Shown one piece after another: positions 32,647 to 40,789 of a stretch of 64,000 nt of DNA. The notes beneath the pieces are model-generated. The model did no database searches and was not told the origin of the DNA. It saw only the letters and a list, made by a program, of their open reading frames with translations. Source of the DNA: Escherichia phage UoN_LG358_1. How positions within the stretch are numbered: the stretch's first letter is position 1; every line of letters begins with the position of its first letter. The position numbers were made by a program, and so were the translations under genes. The stretch lies in the sequence record OK570374; one strand, given 5' to 3'.

Positions 32647-33267
32647 TTAAATATTCACGTCATGCCAGCTTTTGACGTAATTGCACTCTAATTTAGGTTC
32701 ATGGTTCCTTTCACCGCGAGGCATGTAAAACACCTTCGCTCGAGAATTATACTGTTTGAACACCGCTGCTGCGGAATCAGTATGTTTGCCCAAGTCATCA
32801 ACGTAACAAACGACACGCTCACCATATTTTTCCATTACCTGGGTTAATAGAGCATCCTTAGATGCATTATAATCACATACTAATATTTCTTTAAATGCTC
32901 CCGGAAAAAGCGCATTTAAATTAAACTGGCGATTTAGATGAGCATCAACTGAGTTACCTAACGCAGTAACCGCAACGAAATCATAAGTTTTCTTTAATTC
33001 GTTAACAACTTTCAACGCATCTTCATAAACTGATAGATACCGTATAAAATCTGAGTTGTTATATTTTAACAAAAGTTTGGTTGCGAATTCTTCTGAACAA
33101 TTAAAAAGAACTCCAGGAGCAATAAATTTTTCATCAACCATCATTTCAAGAATGTGGTTTAATGGAAGATTATATTTCTGGGCAAAATATGGCAAACCGC
33201 TTTGCCACTTAACCAAAATTCCATCAACGTCAGTAACAATTACTGGCTTTTCTTGTTCCAAAATCAT
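32647..33267 (-). CDS. putative HAD-superfamily phosphatase/nucleotidase
   Basis: 206 aa; N-terminal VIVTDVDGIL resembles HAD motif I (DxDG). Confidence 0.45.
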   Translation of the reverse strand: MILEQEKPVIVTDVDGILVKWQSGLPYFAQKYNLPLNHILEMMVDEKFIAPGVLFNCSEEFATKLLLKYNNSDFIRYLSVYEDALKVVNELKKTYDFVAVTALGNSVDAHLNRQFNLNALFPGAFKEILVCDYNASKDALLTQVMEKYGERVVCYVDDLGKHTDSAAAVFKQYNSRAKVFYMPRGERNHEPKLECNYVKSWHDVNI

Positions 33268-33461
33268 ACAAGTTCTCTTAACATTGTAATAGGAGAAAGT
33301 TCTTGTTCCATGTGCACAGACCGATTTCCGTCAACCCAATCAATTTCATATGCAGCTAAAACACCGTACTTAGCAATAGGTTTAATCACATGGCAGATAG
33401 TTCCAGGAATGCCAGATGATTTAAGTTGTACTGTCTGAAGTTCTTTGTATTTTGCTTTCAT
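33264..33461 (-). CDS. hypothetical protein
   Basis: 65-aa ORF; 4-nt overlap with downstream gene. Confidence 0.35.
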   Translation of the reverse strand: MKAKYKELQTVQLKSSGIPGTICHVIKPIAKYGVLAAYEIDWVDGNRSVHMEQELSPITMLRELV

Positions 33462-33703
33462 ACTTTTTCAACCTTAGCCAAAATAACATCACTCCATATG
33501 CCAAACGGAGGGAGAGCTTCCTTAACTTTGTGGAATTCTGTTGTTTTATCTTCCCAGAACCATAGTTTTATTTCTCTAGTTACTTGGAAAGAATCCAGCC
33601 CCCGACCTGATGGTGAAACATCAATTACATCAAATGTTAACTTGTAAGTTGGATAAAGACGCTTAATTAACTTAGTCAATAATTTCATAATACAACCACC
33701 CAT
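33458..33703 (-). CDS. hypothetical protein
   Basis: 81-aa ORF; overlapping coupling. Confidence 0.4.
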   Translation of the reverse strand: MGGCIMKLLTKLIKRLYPTYKLTFDVIDVSPSGRGLDSFQVTREIKLWFWEDKTTEFHKVKEALPPFGIWSDVILAKVEKV

Positions 33704-33846
33704 GACGGAATTTCAAAGAAATCGGGAGCATCAATTTCATACTCAACCGAATGATTGCGCACACGTACTTCAATTACATCAATCATTGGGCAATTAATCA
33801 TACGTTCAAATTTGGCAGCTACAGATTTAGCAACAGATACAATCAT
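33694..33846 (-). CDS. small ORF (50 aa)
   Basis: Not in track; GAGGAA 6 nt upstream of ATG; stop overlaps the next ORF start. Confidence 0.35.
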
Positions 33847-33865
33847 TTTAAATTCCTCAAGTGTT

Positions 33866-33879
33866 GGGCCCGAAGGCCC
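33866..33879 (-). other. GC hairpin without clear U-run
   Basis: GGGCC-cgaa-GGCCC between ORF 33885..34244 and the 50-aa ORF. Confidence 0.35.
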
Positions 33880-33884
33880 TTTAA

Positions 33885-34244
33885 TTAAAATTCAATTTCG
33901 TTAGCAACAACATCCCAAAGTGCTTCAAGTTGTTCTTCAGTAGCTCTTTTACCAATAGCCCGCCGTAGATAAAGCTTGACCAAAAGAGCCCGATTAGTTT
34001 TCCAAGAAGGATGAGTACTTAAATCGCGCCTGAATATTTCATCATGAAAACCAACCTTTATTTCTGAACCATTGAACTGAACATCTAAAGTTGGACCATT
34101 TTCAAAACTGATGAAAACGTAATTATCTTCCCAGTACATATCAATCTGTGCTACTGTACCGTTGTTATGTTCCCACAATAAAGTGGTAGAAATATCCCAA
34201 TCGTTGTTTTGAACGTATTTACGTCTAAAGTTAGTGAAGTCCAT
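33885..34244 (-). CDS. hypothetical early protein
   Basis: 119 aa; own early promoter (34283..34312) and GGAG RBS. Confidence 0.5.
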   Translation of the reverse strand: MDFTNFRRKYVQNNDWDISTTLLWEHNNGTVAQIDMYWEDNYVFISFENGPTLDVQFNGSEIKVGFHDEIFRRDLSTHPSWKTNRALLVKLYLRRAIGKRATEEQLEALWDVVANEIEF

Positions 34245-34282
34245 GTTATTCTCCGTTATATCTGTTTGTTTATTGAGTTTAT

Positions 34283-34312
34283 ACTATAACACATACAACG
34301 GAGGATGTAAAC
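34283..34312 (-). promoter_or_regulatory. early-type promoter (GTTTACA-N17-TATAGT)
   Basis: Minus strand; upstream of ORF 33885..34244; inside a 23-nt repeat. Confidence 0.6.
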
Positions 34313-34314
34313 GG

Positions 34315-34803
34315 TTAGACAAAACTTATTTTGACAGTTTTCTTAGCTTCTAGCTTAAGCTCTGTGATAAAAACACGATAATTATCACTTGGTGCCATAC
34401 GTAGTTCTTCTGCAATTTTCTTGGCTTTTTCTAAAGTAAAGAGGTTCTTTTCATTTTCTTTAAAAACGACTGCACTTCCACATTCAAGAGAGCGAACAAC
34501 CATGAATGTTTCAGGTCCTTCAGTCTCAGATTTAAACTCAATTTTTCCTTGATATACTTCATCAAAATCAAACAGGTTCCAGCCATTCCACTGCGAACCA
34601 CAATCTGCACCATCATAACGACCGCGAAATTGAGCGTCCAAAAATTCTACTTCAGTGATACACTTTCCACCAACGGATACTTTAGTGGCTTTAAGCCAAG
34701 CATTTCCGAACAAACATTTGATTTTGGCGTCAAATGAGTTCAAATCGACATCCCATTTATCAGTCATACGGAATACATCACCAACTTCAAAACATGTTTT
34801 CAT
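34315..34803 (-). CDS. hypothetical early protein
   Basis: 162 aa; own early promoter (34853..34882) and GAGGAA RBS. Confidence 0.5.
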   Translation of the reverse strand: MKTCFEVGDVFRMTDKWDVDLNSFDAKIKCLFGNAWLKATKVSVGGKCITEVEFLDAQFRGRYDGADCGSQWNGWNLFDFDEVYQGKIEFKSETEGPETFMVVRSLECGSAVVFKENEKNLFTLEKAKKIAEELRMAPSDNYRVFITELKLEAKKTVKISFV

Positions 34804-34852
34804 AATTTCCTCATTAAATTTAAACTAAGGCGGTATTGGTTATTGAGTTTAT

Positions 34853-34882
34853 ACTATAACACACTTTTATGCTGATGTAAAC
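34853..34882 (-). promoter_or_regulatory. early-type promoter (GTTTACA-N17-TATAGT)
   Basis: Minus strand; upstream of ORF 34315..34803; same 23-nt repeat as 34271..34293. Confidence 0.6.
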
Positions 34883-34898
34883 GGCAGACTTTAGAAAC

Positions 34899-34924
34899 AA
34901 AAAAGGGACTCCCGAAGGAGTCCC
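34899..34924 (-). terminator. rho-independent terminator after the small basic ORF
   Basis: GGGACTCC-cgaa-GGAGTCCC with minus-strand UUUUUU. Confidence 0.8.
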
Positions 34925-34934
34925 TAACATTGCT

Positions 34935-35114
34935 TTATGCTTTCTTACGCGGATTACCAAAAGCAGCATCATGAGCAAGAACTTTACGAGCACGAGATGC
35001 TAGCTGGTCAGCCAATGGATTGATACGAGAGTTAGACCCACGCTTGTAGCCAGCGCGTTTAGAGGTACCAACAACTTCTTTTACTGCGGTTTTTGCTTTA
35101 GATTGCTTAGCCAT
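34935..35114 (-). CDS. small highly basic protein (59 aa)
   Basis: Not in track; MAKQSKAKTAVKEVVGTSKRAGYKRGSNSRINPLADQLASRARKVLAHDAAFGNPRKKA; strong hairpin plus U-run terminator right after the stop. Confidence 0.5.
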   Translation of the reverse strand: MAKQSKAKTAVKEVVGTSKRAGYKRGSNSRINPLADQLASRARKVLAHDAAFGNPRKKA

Positions 35115-35267
35115 TTTAATATTCCATATTCGGAGTAATACAACGAACTGGTCTTATTGACATTGCCAGTTCTCAAGCCCTCGAAGGGTACTTAGCACTT
35201 TGGTAGCTTACACCCAAGGTTTTGAATTGTTAACGTGGTGATAACCTTGAACGTCCACATCATACAG

Positions 35268-35516
35268 TTACTTCAAAGTAACCACAAAATGACGAACTGC
35301 CTTACGAGCTGAACTGCATAAGCCTTTAGCGAATTTTAATTCGTCTTTTAAAAGAAGAGCATCACGAAAATCAGCTTGCACTGGATTAAGGTGTTTAAAC
35401 CCTTTCAGTACTTCAAGAGCTTCGGCCAATACATCAATTGATGCGCCGTAGTTTTCATGACCTGCATTCCAGGCAGTGCGTTGCAGAGAAAGAGCGTGTT
35501 CAAGTTGTTTGTTCAT
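35268..35516 (-). CDS. rIII: rIII-like protein
   Basis: 82 aa (T4 rIII is 82 aa) at the T4 rIII position beside gene 31. Confidence 0.6.
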   Translation of the reverse strand: MNKQLEHALSLQRTAWNAGHENYGASIDVLAEALEVLKGFKHLNPVQADFRDALLLKDELKFAKGLCSSARKAVRHFVVTLK

Positions 35517-35545
35517 TTAAAAAGCCTCAAATGAGGTGAATAAAA

Positions 35546-35582
35546 GGAAGGCGGTATAAGAAGTTTAATCCCTGCGCCTTCC
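35546..35582 (-). other. long-loop stem between gene 31 and rIII
   Basis: 8-bp stem GGAAGGCG / CGCCTTCC with 21-nt loop; T-rich tract follows on minus strand. Confidence 0.3.
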
Positions 35583-35617
35583 ACCATGTAATCAGAAAGA
35601 TTACAATAATATTTATA

Positions 35618-35941
35618 TCACTTATAAACGCACGCTAACGATTTATAATGACAAGTAACAAATTTTTGTTTAATTTCTTTAGGCTGCTTAATGCCTAACG
35701 CAACCAATGGATGAGTTACATTGCGAATATTACCAACTGGTAGCGGAGTTAAATCACCAACTTCTACGAAGCCAGCGGGTACATCAGCACCAATTGAATA
35801 TACTTCACACATTTCAGGAAGTTGGCCCTGAATTTCTTTACCCAAGAAAATACCCGAATCTGAAATTTTTTCATCACCAGATTGTGCTGGTTCTGATACC
35901 AAAATAACAAATTCGCCTAGAGCTTTAATAGGAAGTTCCAT
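35618..35941 (-). CDS. 31: GroES-like co-chaperonin
   Basis: 107 aa; ..[15 protein letters not shown].. and C-terminus [16 protein letters not shown] match remembered T4 gp31. Confidence 0.9.
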   Translation of the reverse strand: MELPIKALGEFVILVSEPAQSGDEKISDSGIFLGKEIQGQLPEMCEVYSIGADVPAGFVEVGDLTPLPVGNIRNVTHPLVALGIKQPKEIKQKFVTCHYKSLACVYK

Positions 35942-36002
35942 TCTTACAGTTTACCTTGCTTGTTAACATGAATTAATAATAACACGAATTTCTTAAAGCA
36001 AA

Positions 36003-36314
36003 TTACTGAGTAACCAATTGGACCAAATGTTCAGCCTTTACGCCATTAACAGAAATTAGTTTATCAAAACTAAAGGCGCGCCAACCTTCACTTTCCGTGT
36101 CATAAACTGGAAGCATATCAACAGCTTCTTTTCGTTTAACTTGAGATTCTTTGACTAATTCAAAATCACTAGGAAGAATATCTCGGTCACGAGTGCAACG
36201 CATTGAACGAATGGTTCCGTCTGCTTTTTCAAAAACCACCTGAGATTCGCCATTACTCAACACGGCTTTCAGAGTTTCACGAAGTTGTACTTTTTGTTCA
36301 GTTGTAAGTTTCAT
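36003..36314 (-). CDS. hypothetical protein
   Basis: 103-aa ORF at the T4 31.1 position. Confidence 0.45.
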   Translation of the reverse strand: MKLTTEQKVQLRETLKAVLSNGESQVVFEKADGTIRSMRCTRDRDILPSDFELVKESQVKRKEAVDMLPVYDTESEGWRAFSFDKLISVNGVKAEHLVQLVTQ

Positions 36315-36318
36315 TTTA

Positions 36319-36552
36319 TTAACCTATAACAGTTTTAATTTTATGTGCGCCACGAACCTTTAATGCTTCATGAAGTTCTTGACAACGTTTAAGCCGCTCT
36401 TCAATTTTGGCTTTATTATCGATAGATACATAATCAGTTTGATAAAGTACTTTCCATTTAGAAAAGAAGTTTTTCTTATATTCTACTGAGTATCCAATAT
36501 TAACTTTAGCATAAGAACTCAATCCAGTTATTTGTACTAATCGAGTTTTCAT
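36319..36552 (-). CDS. hypothetical protein
   Basis: 77-aa ORF at the T4 31.2 position. Confidence 0.45.
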   Translation of the reverse strand: MKTRLVQITGLSSYAKVNIGYSVEYKKNFFSKWKVLYQTDYVSIDNKAKIEERLKRCQELHEALKVRGAHKIKTVIG

Positions 36553-37115
36553 TCTTCAATTCCGCAGTATTCATTAATATTATGCCAGTTCAATTTACCG
36601 AGGCTTTTCTTGGGAACATTGAACACCTCTATACCAGCTGACTTCAAGATATTATCCCAGCCGGGTTCATTTTTATCGTAAGTTTCGCAATAAACTAATG
36701 TTTTAATTCCAGATTGAGCGATAGCTTTTGCACAGTCTGGACATGGAGAAAGAGTTACGTACATTGTAGCTCCTTCAATTGATGAACCATTACGAGCAGC
36801 GAACAAAATAGCATTTAATTCTGCATGAATTTCATTCACTTTTGACCAAGCGCTATGAGCTGCTCTATGTTTGCTAGATAAACCAACTCTCGTAGGTTTC
36901 CATGCATCTTGACGCTGGCCTGACCATTTTTCTGTGATTAACCAACCTTGGTCATCTGCGTGGTCGCAACAGTTAACTCCTCCTGCCGGAGAACCATTAT
37001 ATCCGGTAGAAATAATGCGACCATTTTTCTCAATAACTGCTCCTACTTTCCAAGAGCAACATTTCGATTCCTGAGAAACTAAGTAAGCAATTTGGAGCAC
37101 TGTTGAAGCTTTCAT
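36549..37115 (-). CDS. cd: dCMP deaminase
   Basis: 188 aa; zinc-binding HAELNAI and PCPDCAKAI. Confidence 0.9.
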   Translation of the reverse strand: MKASTVLQIAYLVSQESKCCSWKVGAVIEKNGRIISTGYNGSPAGGVNCCDHADDQGWLITEKWSGQRQDAWKPTRVGLSSKHRAAHSAWSKVNEIHAELNAILFAARNGSSIEGATMYVTLSPCPDCAKAIAQSGIKTLVYCETYDKNEPGWDNILKSAGIEVFNVPKKSLGKLNWHNINEYCGIEE

Positions 37116-37459
37116 TATTTTATCACCAAATAAGTTGAACGATGTGTTTTGACAAGACTTATTTCACTAAACAGTTTTTCAACTGAAAGTACTGTCCCAA
37201 TAATTATATAACAGCCATCTTTAAAGCGTTCTTTCTTATCTAATAACACATCGCCTGCAAATCTTTTACCTACTTCAATTTCTTCAGTAACCCAAGGAAC
37301 ATCTCCGAGCAGCACAGCATCGTATGTTGACGGGTCTATTGAATTAAAGCACCGGTCAAAATGCAAAAGAGTTTTTATTTCTTGGACGCCGTCTTCAGAC
37401 AAGTAAGGGCGATATTCAGTTTCACGAATTCTTTTAATAGCTTCAACTAGTGTAATCAT
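37115..37459 (-). CDS. hypothetical protein
   Basis: 114-aa ORF; 1-nt overlap with cd. Confidence 0.4.
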   Translation of the reverse strand: MITLVEAIKRIRETEYRPYLSEDGVQEIKTLLHFDRCFNSIDPSTYDAVLLGDVPWVTEEIEVGKRFAGDVLLDKKERFKDGCYIIIGTVLSVEKLFSEISLVKTHRSTYLVIK

Positions 37460-37692
37460 AAATTTCCTAAAATATTTGTCATGGTAACTGAACCATCACG
37501 ATTTAACTTTAACCCGGTGTGTTGAGATTTAAATCCTTGCTCAACTGAAATAATAACACCATTAGTTAACGGGTCATTTCGCATAGTAACTGAACCTCCA
37601 GGAATTTTGTTAGCAACCTGCTGCGCAAATTTTTTAGCAAGTTCTGTAAATTCAGTTCGACTAAATGTTTTATCTGATGTCATTATTCCCAC
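37456..37692 (-). CDS. hypothetical protein
   Basis: 78-aa ORF; 4-nt overlap. Confidence 0.4.
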   Translation of the reverse strand: MGIMTSDKTFSRTEFTELAKKFAQQVANKIPGGSVTMRNDPLTNGVIISVEQGFKSQHTGLKLNRDGSVTMTNILGNL

Positions 37693-37979
37693 CCATACAC
37701 TATTTTGAAACTAATAAAATCTTCATTAGAACTATTAAAATCATCATTATCGCATGGATAAACAATGAAGTCAAACGTATAAGAATATGAGTCGTATGAA
37801 GTTATGATACTATACTTTATATCTTTCCATAGAACACCAAAAATCGACTTGATATCAGCATCCATACGTAAGTACAGTGCATTACTTGGGCCTTGGTTAA
37901 TATAATTATCCATCACGTAAGAAATAATTTCTTTAGCAATGCCAGTATATGACAGACTACTATTTGCTCTTACTTTCAT
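37683..37979 (-). CDS. hypothetical protein
   Basis: 98-aa ORF; overlapping chain. Confidence 0.4.
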   Translation of the reverse strand: MKVRANSSLSYTGIAKEIISYVMDNYINQGPSNALYLRMDADIKSIFGVLWKDIKYSIITSYDSYSYTFDFIVYPCDNDDFNSSNEDFISFKIVYGWE

Positions 37980-38194
37980 TAGTGCACCGTATGTACGTTG
38001 ACTTTAACTACGAATTGAGTTACAACTTCTCCAATAGGATTAAACTCAACATGATACTCGCCCTTATAGCGAGAATTTAAATCTGTTCGAATTTGGGCAA
38101 GCTTATTGATAAGCGCTGGTGTCATACTCATACCTACGCATTGCTGTAAAAGCTTGTATGCTTCTTCTTCAACTTCATGATGTTTGTTATACAT
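37979..38194 (-). CDS. hypothetical protein
   Basis: 71-aa ORF. Confidence 0.4.
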   Translation of the reverse strand: MYNKHHEVEEEAYKLLQQCVGMSMTPALINKLAQIRTDLNSRYKGEYHVEFNPIGEVVTQFVVKVNVHTVH

Positions 38195-38402
38195 TATATT
38201 CTTCCAAATATTCTAGCACAATTTCAACGGATTTAAAAATCCCGCCACCAATGAGTTCTTCATTGTCATAGTCCATTATGTCTAAACCAATAGTTCCATC
38301 GTTTAAACAATATGCACAAAACAGATATTCTTGTTTCTTTTCAATTTCTGTAATTAAATCAAAAATCTCTTTAAGATTATTCATAAGTCGTAGGTTTTCC
38401 AT
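38187..38402 (-). CDS. hypothetical acidic protein
   Basis: 71-aa ORF. Confidence 0.4.
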   Translation of the reverse strand: MENLRLMNNLKEIFDLITEIEKKQEYLFCAYCLNDGTIGLDIMDYDNEELIGGGIFKSVEIVLEYLEEYNV

Positions 38403-38584
38403 GGTAGAGGGATTTTAGTTTTCTTAACAGTTAACTCAATACCGGGATTTAATTTTCTCAACCTAAGACATTCATCCCATGCTTTAATTTCACTGGAAAA
38501 TGAATAAAACATACCATCTACAGTAACAATACGTTTTTCATTATTCATATTAACAATAGCCCAGATTTCATGATGAGTTGCCAT
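38381..38584 (-). CDS. hypothetical protein
   Basis: 67-aa ORF; stop adjacent to pseT. Confidence 0.4.
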   Translation of the reverse strand: MATHHEIWAIVNMNNEKRIVTVDGMFYSFSSEIKAWDECLRLRKLNPGIELTVKKTKIPLPWKTYDL

Positions 38585-39474
38585 TAAAAATCTCCAAAGT
38601 TAACTTGCCAGCATTCGACGCCAATACGTCGCCACATTTCTACCACTTGAGACCTGTCATCAACGGCAAGAACTACATTATACTTATCAGCAATATGGGT
38701 CCAAAAGATTTCTTCTTTAACTACATCATCTTTGCGAGAATCACCTTGTGCCCGCTGAAAATGGTCTTCTGGAACACAGATATGATTATCCCATAACCAA
38801 TGAAGAGTATGAATACGATACTTTAACGGTTCATCTTTAGTTCCAGATTCTCTACCAGATACAGTTATGATTTTATATCCTTTATCTGAAAGCATTTTAA
38901 GAAAATTAACAACCATTTCCCTAGGAGTATCTTCCCTAAGTTTTTCTAAGTCGAAAGGAGAACGACGGCTGTTATCTGCAAGTGTTCCGTCAAGGTCAAA
39001 GATAACTGCCTTTGGTTTAGACAAATCCGGAACGTACATTTTCTCAACTTCCATCAACTGATAGAAATGACGCAGAATATCGATTGGAACAGCCTTTTCA
39101 CCACGATACTGGTTACGCTTAAGAAGCTCAGTCCATGGTACACTAAATTTCTTGAACTCAATTTTATATTGTTCTTTAAAACGAAGTTCCCACTTTTCTG
39201 TGGTTTTTGGGTTCAAGTTCGTGTCTGCAATAATGACACCTTTGGTATGCTCCAAATTAAGTAAAGACTCCGCCGACGACATCTGAGCTGTAGTCACAGC
39301 TTTTTCGCGCTGCTTGGAACATTTGTAATTATTCCGCGCATTTAGGCCAAACAATTTCTCACGGAAATCATCTCGGCTTAGAATATACCAACCCTGGTTC
39401 TTTGATACAAACTCATTCGCCCAAGTGCTTTTACCTGAACCGGGGCAACCAACAGTCATAATAATCTTTTTCAT
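38584..39474 (-). CDS. pseT: polynucleotide 5'-kinase/3'-phosphatase
   Basis: 296 aa; Walker A GCPGSGKST; HAD phosphatase DLDGTL; C-terminus matches remembered T4 Pnk. Confidence 0.95.
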   Translation of the reverse strand: MKKIIMTVGCPGSGKSTWANEFVSKNQGWYILSRDDFREKLFGLNARNNYKCSKQREKAVTTAQMSSAESLLNLEHTKGVIIADTNLNPKTTEKWELRFKEQYKIEFKKFSVPWTELLKRNQYRGEKAVPIDILRHFYQLMEVEKMYVPDLSKPKAVIFDLDGTLADNSRRSPFDLEKLREDTPREMVVNFLKMLSDKGYKIITVSGRESGTKDEPLKYRIHTLHWLWDNHICVPEDHFQRAQGDSRKDDVVKEEIFWTHIADKYNVVLAVDDRSQVVEMWRRIGVECWQVNFGDF

Positions 39475-39517
39475 TTTTCACCTAAGAATTATTCAAGAGC
39501 TTCGATTTTATTATCCA

Positions 39518-39533
39518 AAGGGCCGAAGCCCTT
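39518..39533. other. hairpin between spanin genes and pseT
   Basis: AAGGGC-cgaa-GCCCTT. Confidence 0.35.
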
Positions 39534-39599
39534 ATTTTGTAAAAAGTTTTACTGTATAATACACGGTTACACAAATAATTAAAACAACTAATGGGTCCA

Positions 39600-39890
39600 T
39601 CATTTACACCGCTCTTCATTTAAGTCTTTACGATAATAACATATCGTAGCATTAGCATCTTTTACGTATCTGCTTACATCATTTAACCAAATCCTCATTT
39701 CTTGAGATTCGGCAAAAGGCATTCCAACCCAAGCTTCTCCGTCGATAACTTTAACTTCCCACTTCCCATTCCATGCTGTTATTGGTTCGGGCCATGATGG
39801 ATGGATTAATGGTTTAGGGACAGCCTCTGGCTTGCTAGCACACCCTATTAGTAAAGCCATAGATACTATCAGTAACATGTTCCGAATCAT
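39600..39890 (-). CDS. pseT.2: outer-membrane spanin (lipoprotein)
   Basis: 96 aa; signal peptide with lipobox LLIGC; ATGA overlap with the upstream ORF; gene symbol assigned by position from memory. Confidence 0.65.
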   Translation of the reverse strand: MIRNMLLIVSMALLIGCASKPEAVPKPLIHPSWPEPITAWNGKWEVKVIDGEAWVGMPFAESQEMRIWLNDVSRYVKDANATICYYRKDLNEERCK

Positions 39891-40234
39891 CTAGTTGATT
39901 CCTGTAAATCTCTGGCAAATGAATTAAAACTCTCGTTGATTTGTTTTTCGACGAGTCTTGGCTTTGCAGCCACCACGTTGCTTTTCTTCGCGTCTTTATG
40001 CATTTTCGCATTAGAAGTTTCCGTGATTAATCTATTTGAACTACGTTTCTCATCTAAAATTTTTATATTTTTAAAATCTTCTTTGAGTTGGTCAATAGAT
40101 TTGGCCTGCTCATCTGCAACTTCTTTTACTGCATGCAAATCTTCTTTTAACCCTTCTACCCGCTGTGAAAGGTAAAAAATAGAACCTGCAACAACAATTC
40201 CAGCTATTGCTAGCGTTTTTATACTTATTTGCAT
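39887..40234 (-). CDS. pseT.3: inner-membrane spanin
   Basis: Start taken at MQISIK (track starts at 40282 inside alc); N-terminal TM segment then coiled-coil periplasmic domain; directly before the lipoprotein. Confidence 0.6.
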   Translation of the reverse strand: MQISIKTLAIAGIVVAGSIFYLSQRVEGLKEDLHAVKEVADEQAKSIDQLKEDFKNIKILDEKRSSNRLITETSNAKMHKDAKKSNVVAAKPRLVEKQINESFNSFARDLQESTR

Positions 40235-40725
40235 AATTTGACAATTACCTCTACAATATCGTCTTGAGATAATCCATTCCATAAGACGTGATTTGGAGCA
40301 TCTGACTGGGACACTTTAAATCCTTGAATTTCATCTGCCATTTCTGACGAATCCATATACGGATTATGAATACCTAAGCGATGCTTACCATAAATTGGGT
40401 CAACCGTTATATAGCATTTACAATCATTAATAAGCACGTTAGGCTGAGTGATATTAATAATCACTTCTGCTCCATATTTTGTAAGCTGATTTTCAAGAAA
40501 ATTTTTCATTTCTTCAACAGCTTCAGGCATCGCTTCTTGGCGAGCCTCTGTAACTTTATTGTTGTACTCTTTTTGCTTTTTGCGCTTTTTCTGATCCGTG
40601 GCGAATGCCTTTCTGAGGTCAGTTAAGTATCCAACCCGCCGGGAACCTTTGAATACCGAGATACCGTCGTGATGAGTACCATACTTTTCTACTAAAGCTT
40701 CGTTAGTGATAAGTTGTAAGTTCAT
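40225..40725 (-). CDS. alc: Alc-like protein (host transcription shutoff)
   Basis: 166 aa (T4 Alc about 167) at the T4 alc position; early promoter at 40756..40785; no motif confirmation. Confidence 0.5.
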   Translation of the reverse strand: MNLQLITNEALVEKYGTHHDGISVFKGSRRVGYLTDLRKAFATDQKKRKKQKEYNNKVTEARQEAMPEAVEEMKNFLENQLTKYGAEVIINITQPNVLINDCKCYITVDPIYGKHRLGIHNPYMDSSEMADEIQGFKVSQSDAPNHVLWNGLSQDDIVEVIVKLCK

Positions 40726-40755
40726 TGTTAATCTCCGTTTAGTTGGTGTAAGAAC

Positions 40756-40785
40756 ATAGTATCATAACAAAACGGAGATGTAAAC
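40756..40785 (-). promoter_or_regulatory. early-type promoter (GTTTACA-N17-TACTAT)
   Basis: Minus strand; upstream of alc-like ORF. Confidence 0.5.
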
Positions 40786-40789
40786 GGTC

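Noticed and set aside
40235-40282. Upstream ATG start for the i-spanin (131 aa)
   Set aside because: That start lies inside alc and adds a Cys/Arg-rich extension before the TM segment; the MQISIK start is preferred, though with weak RBS evidence.
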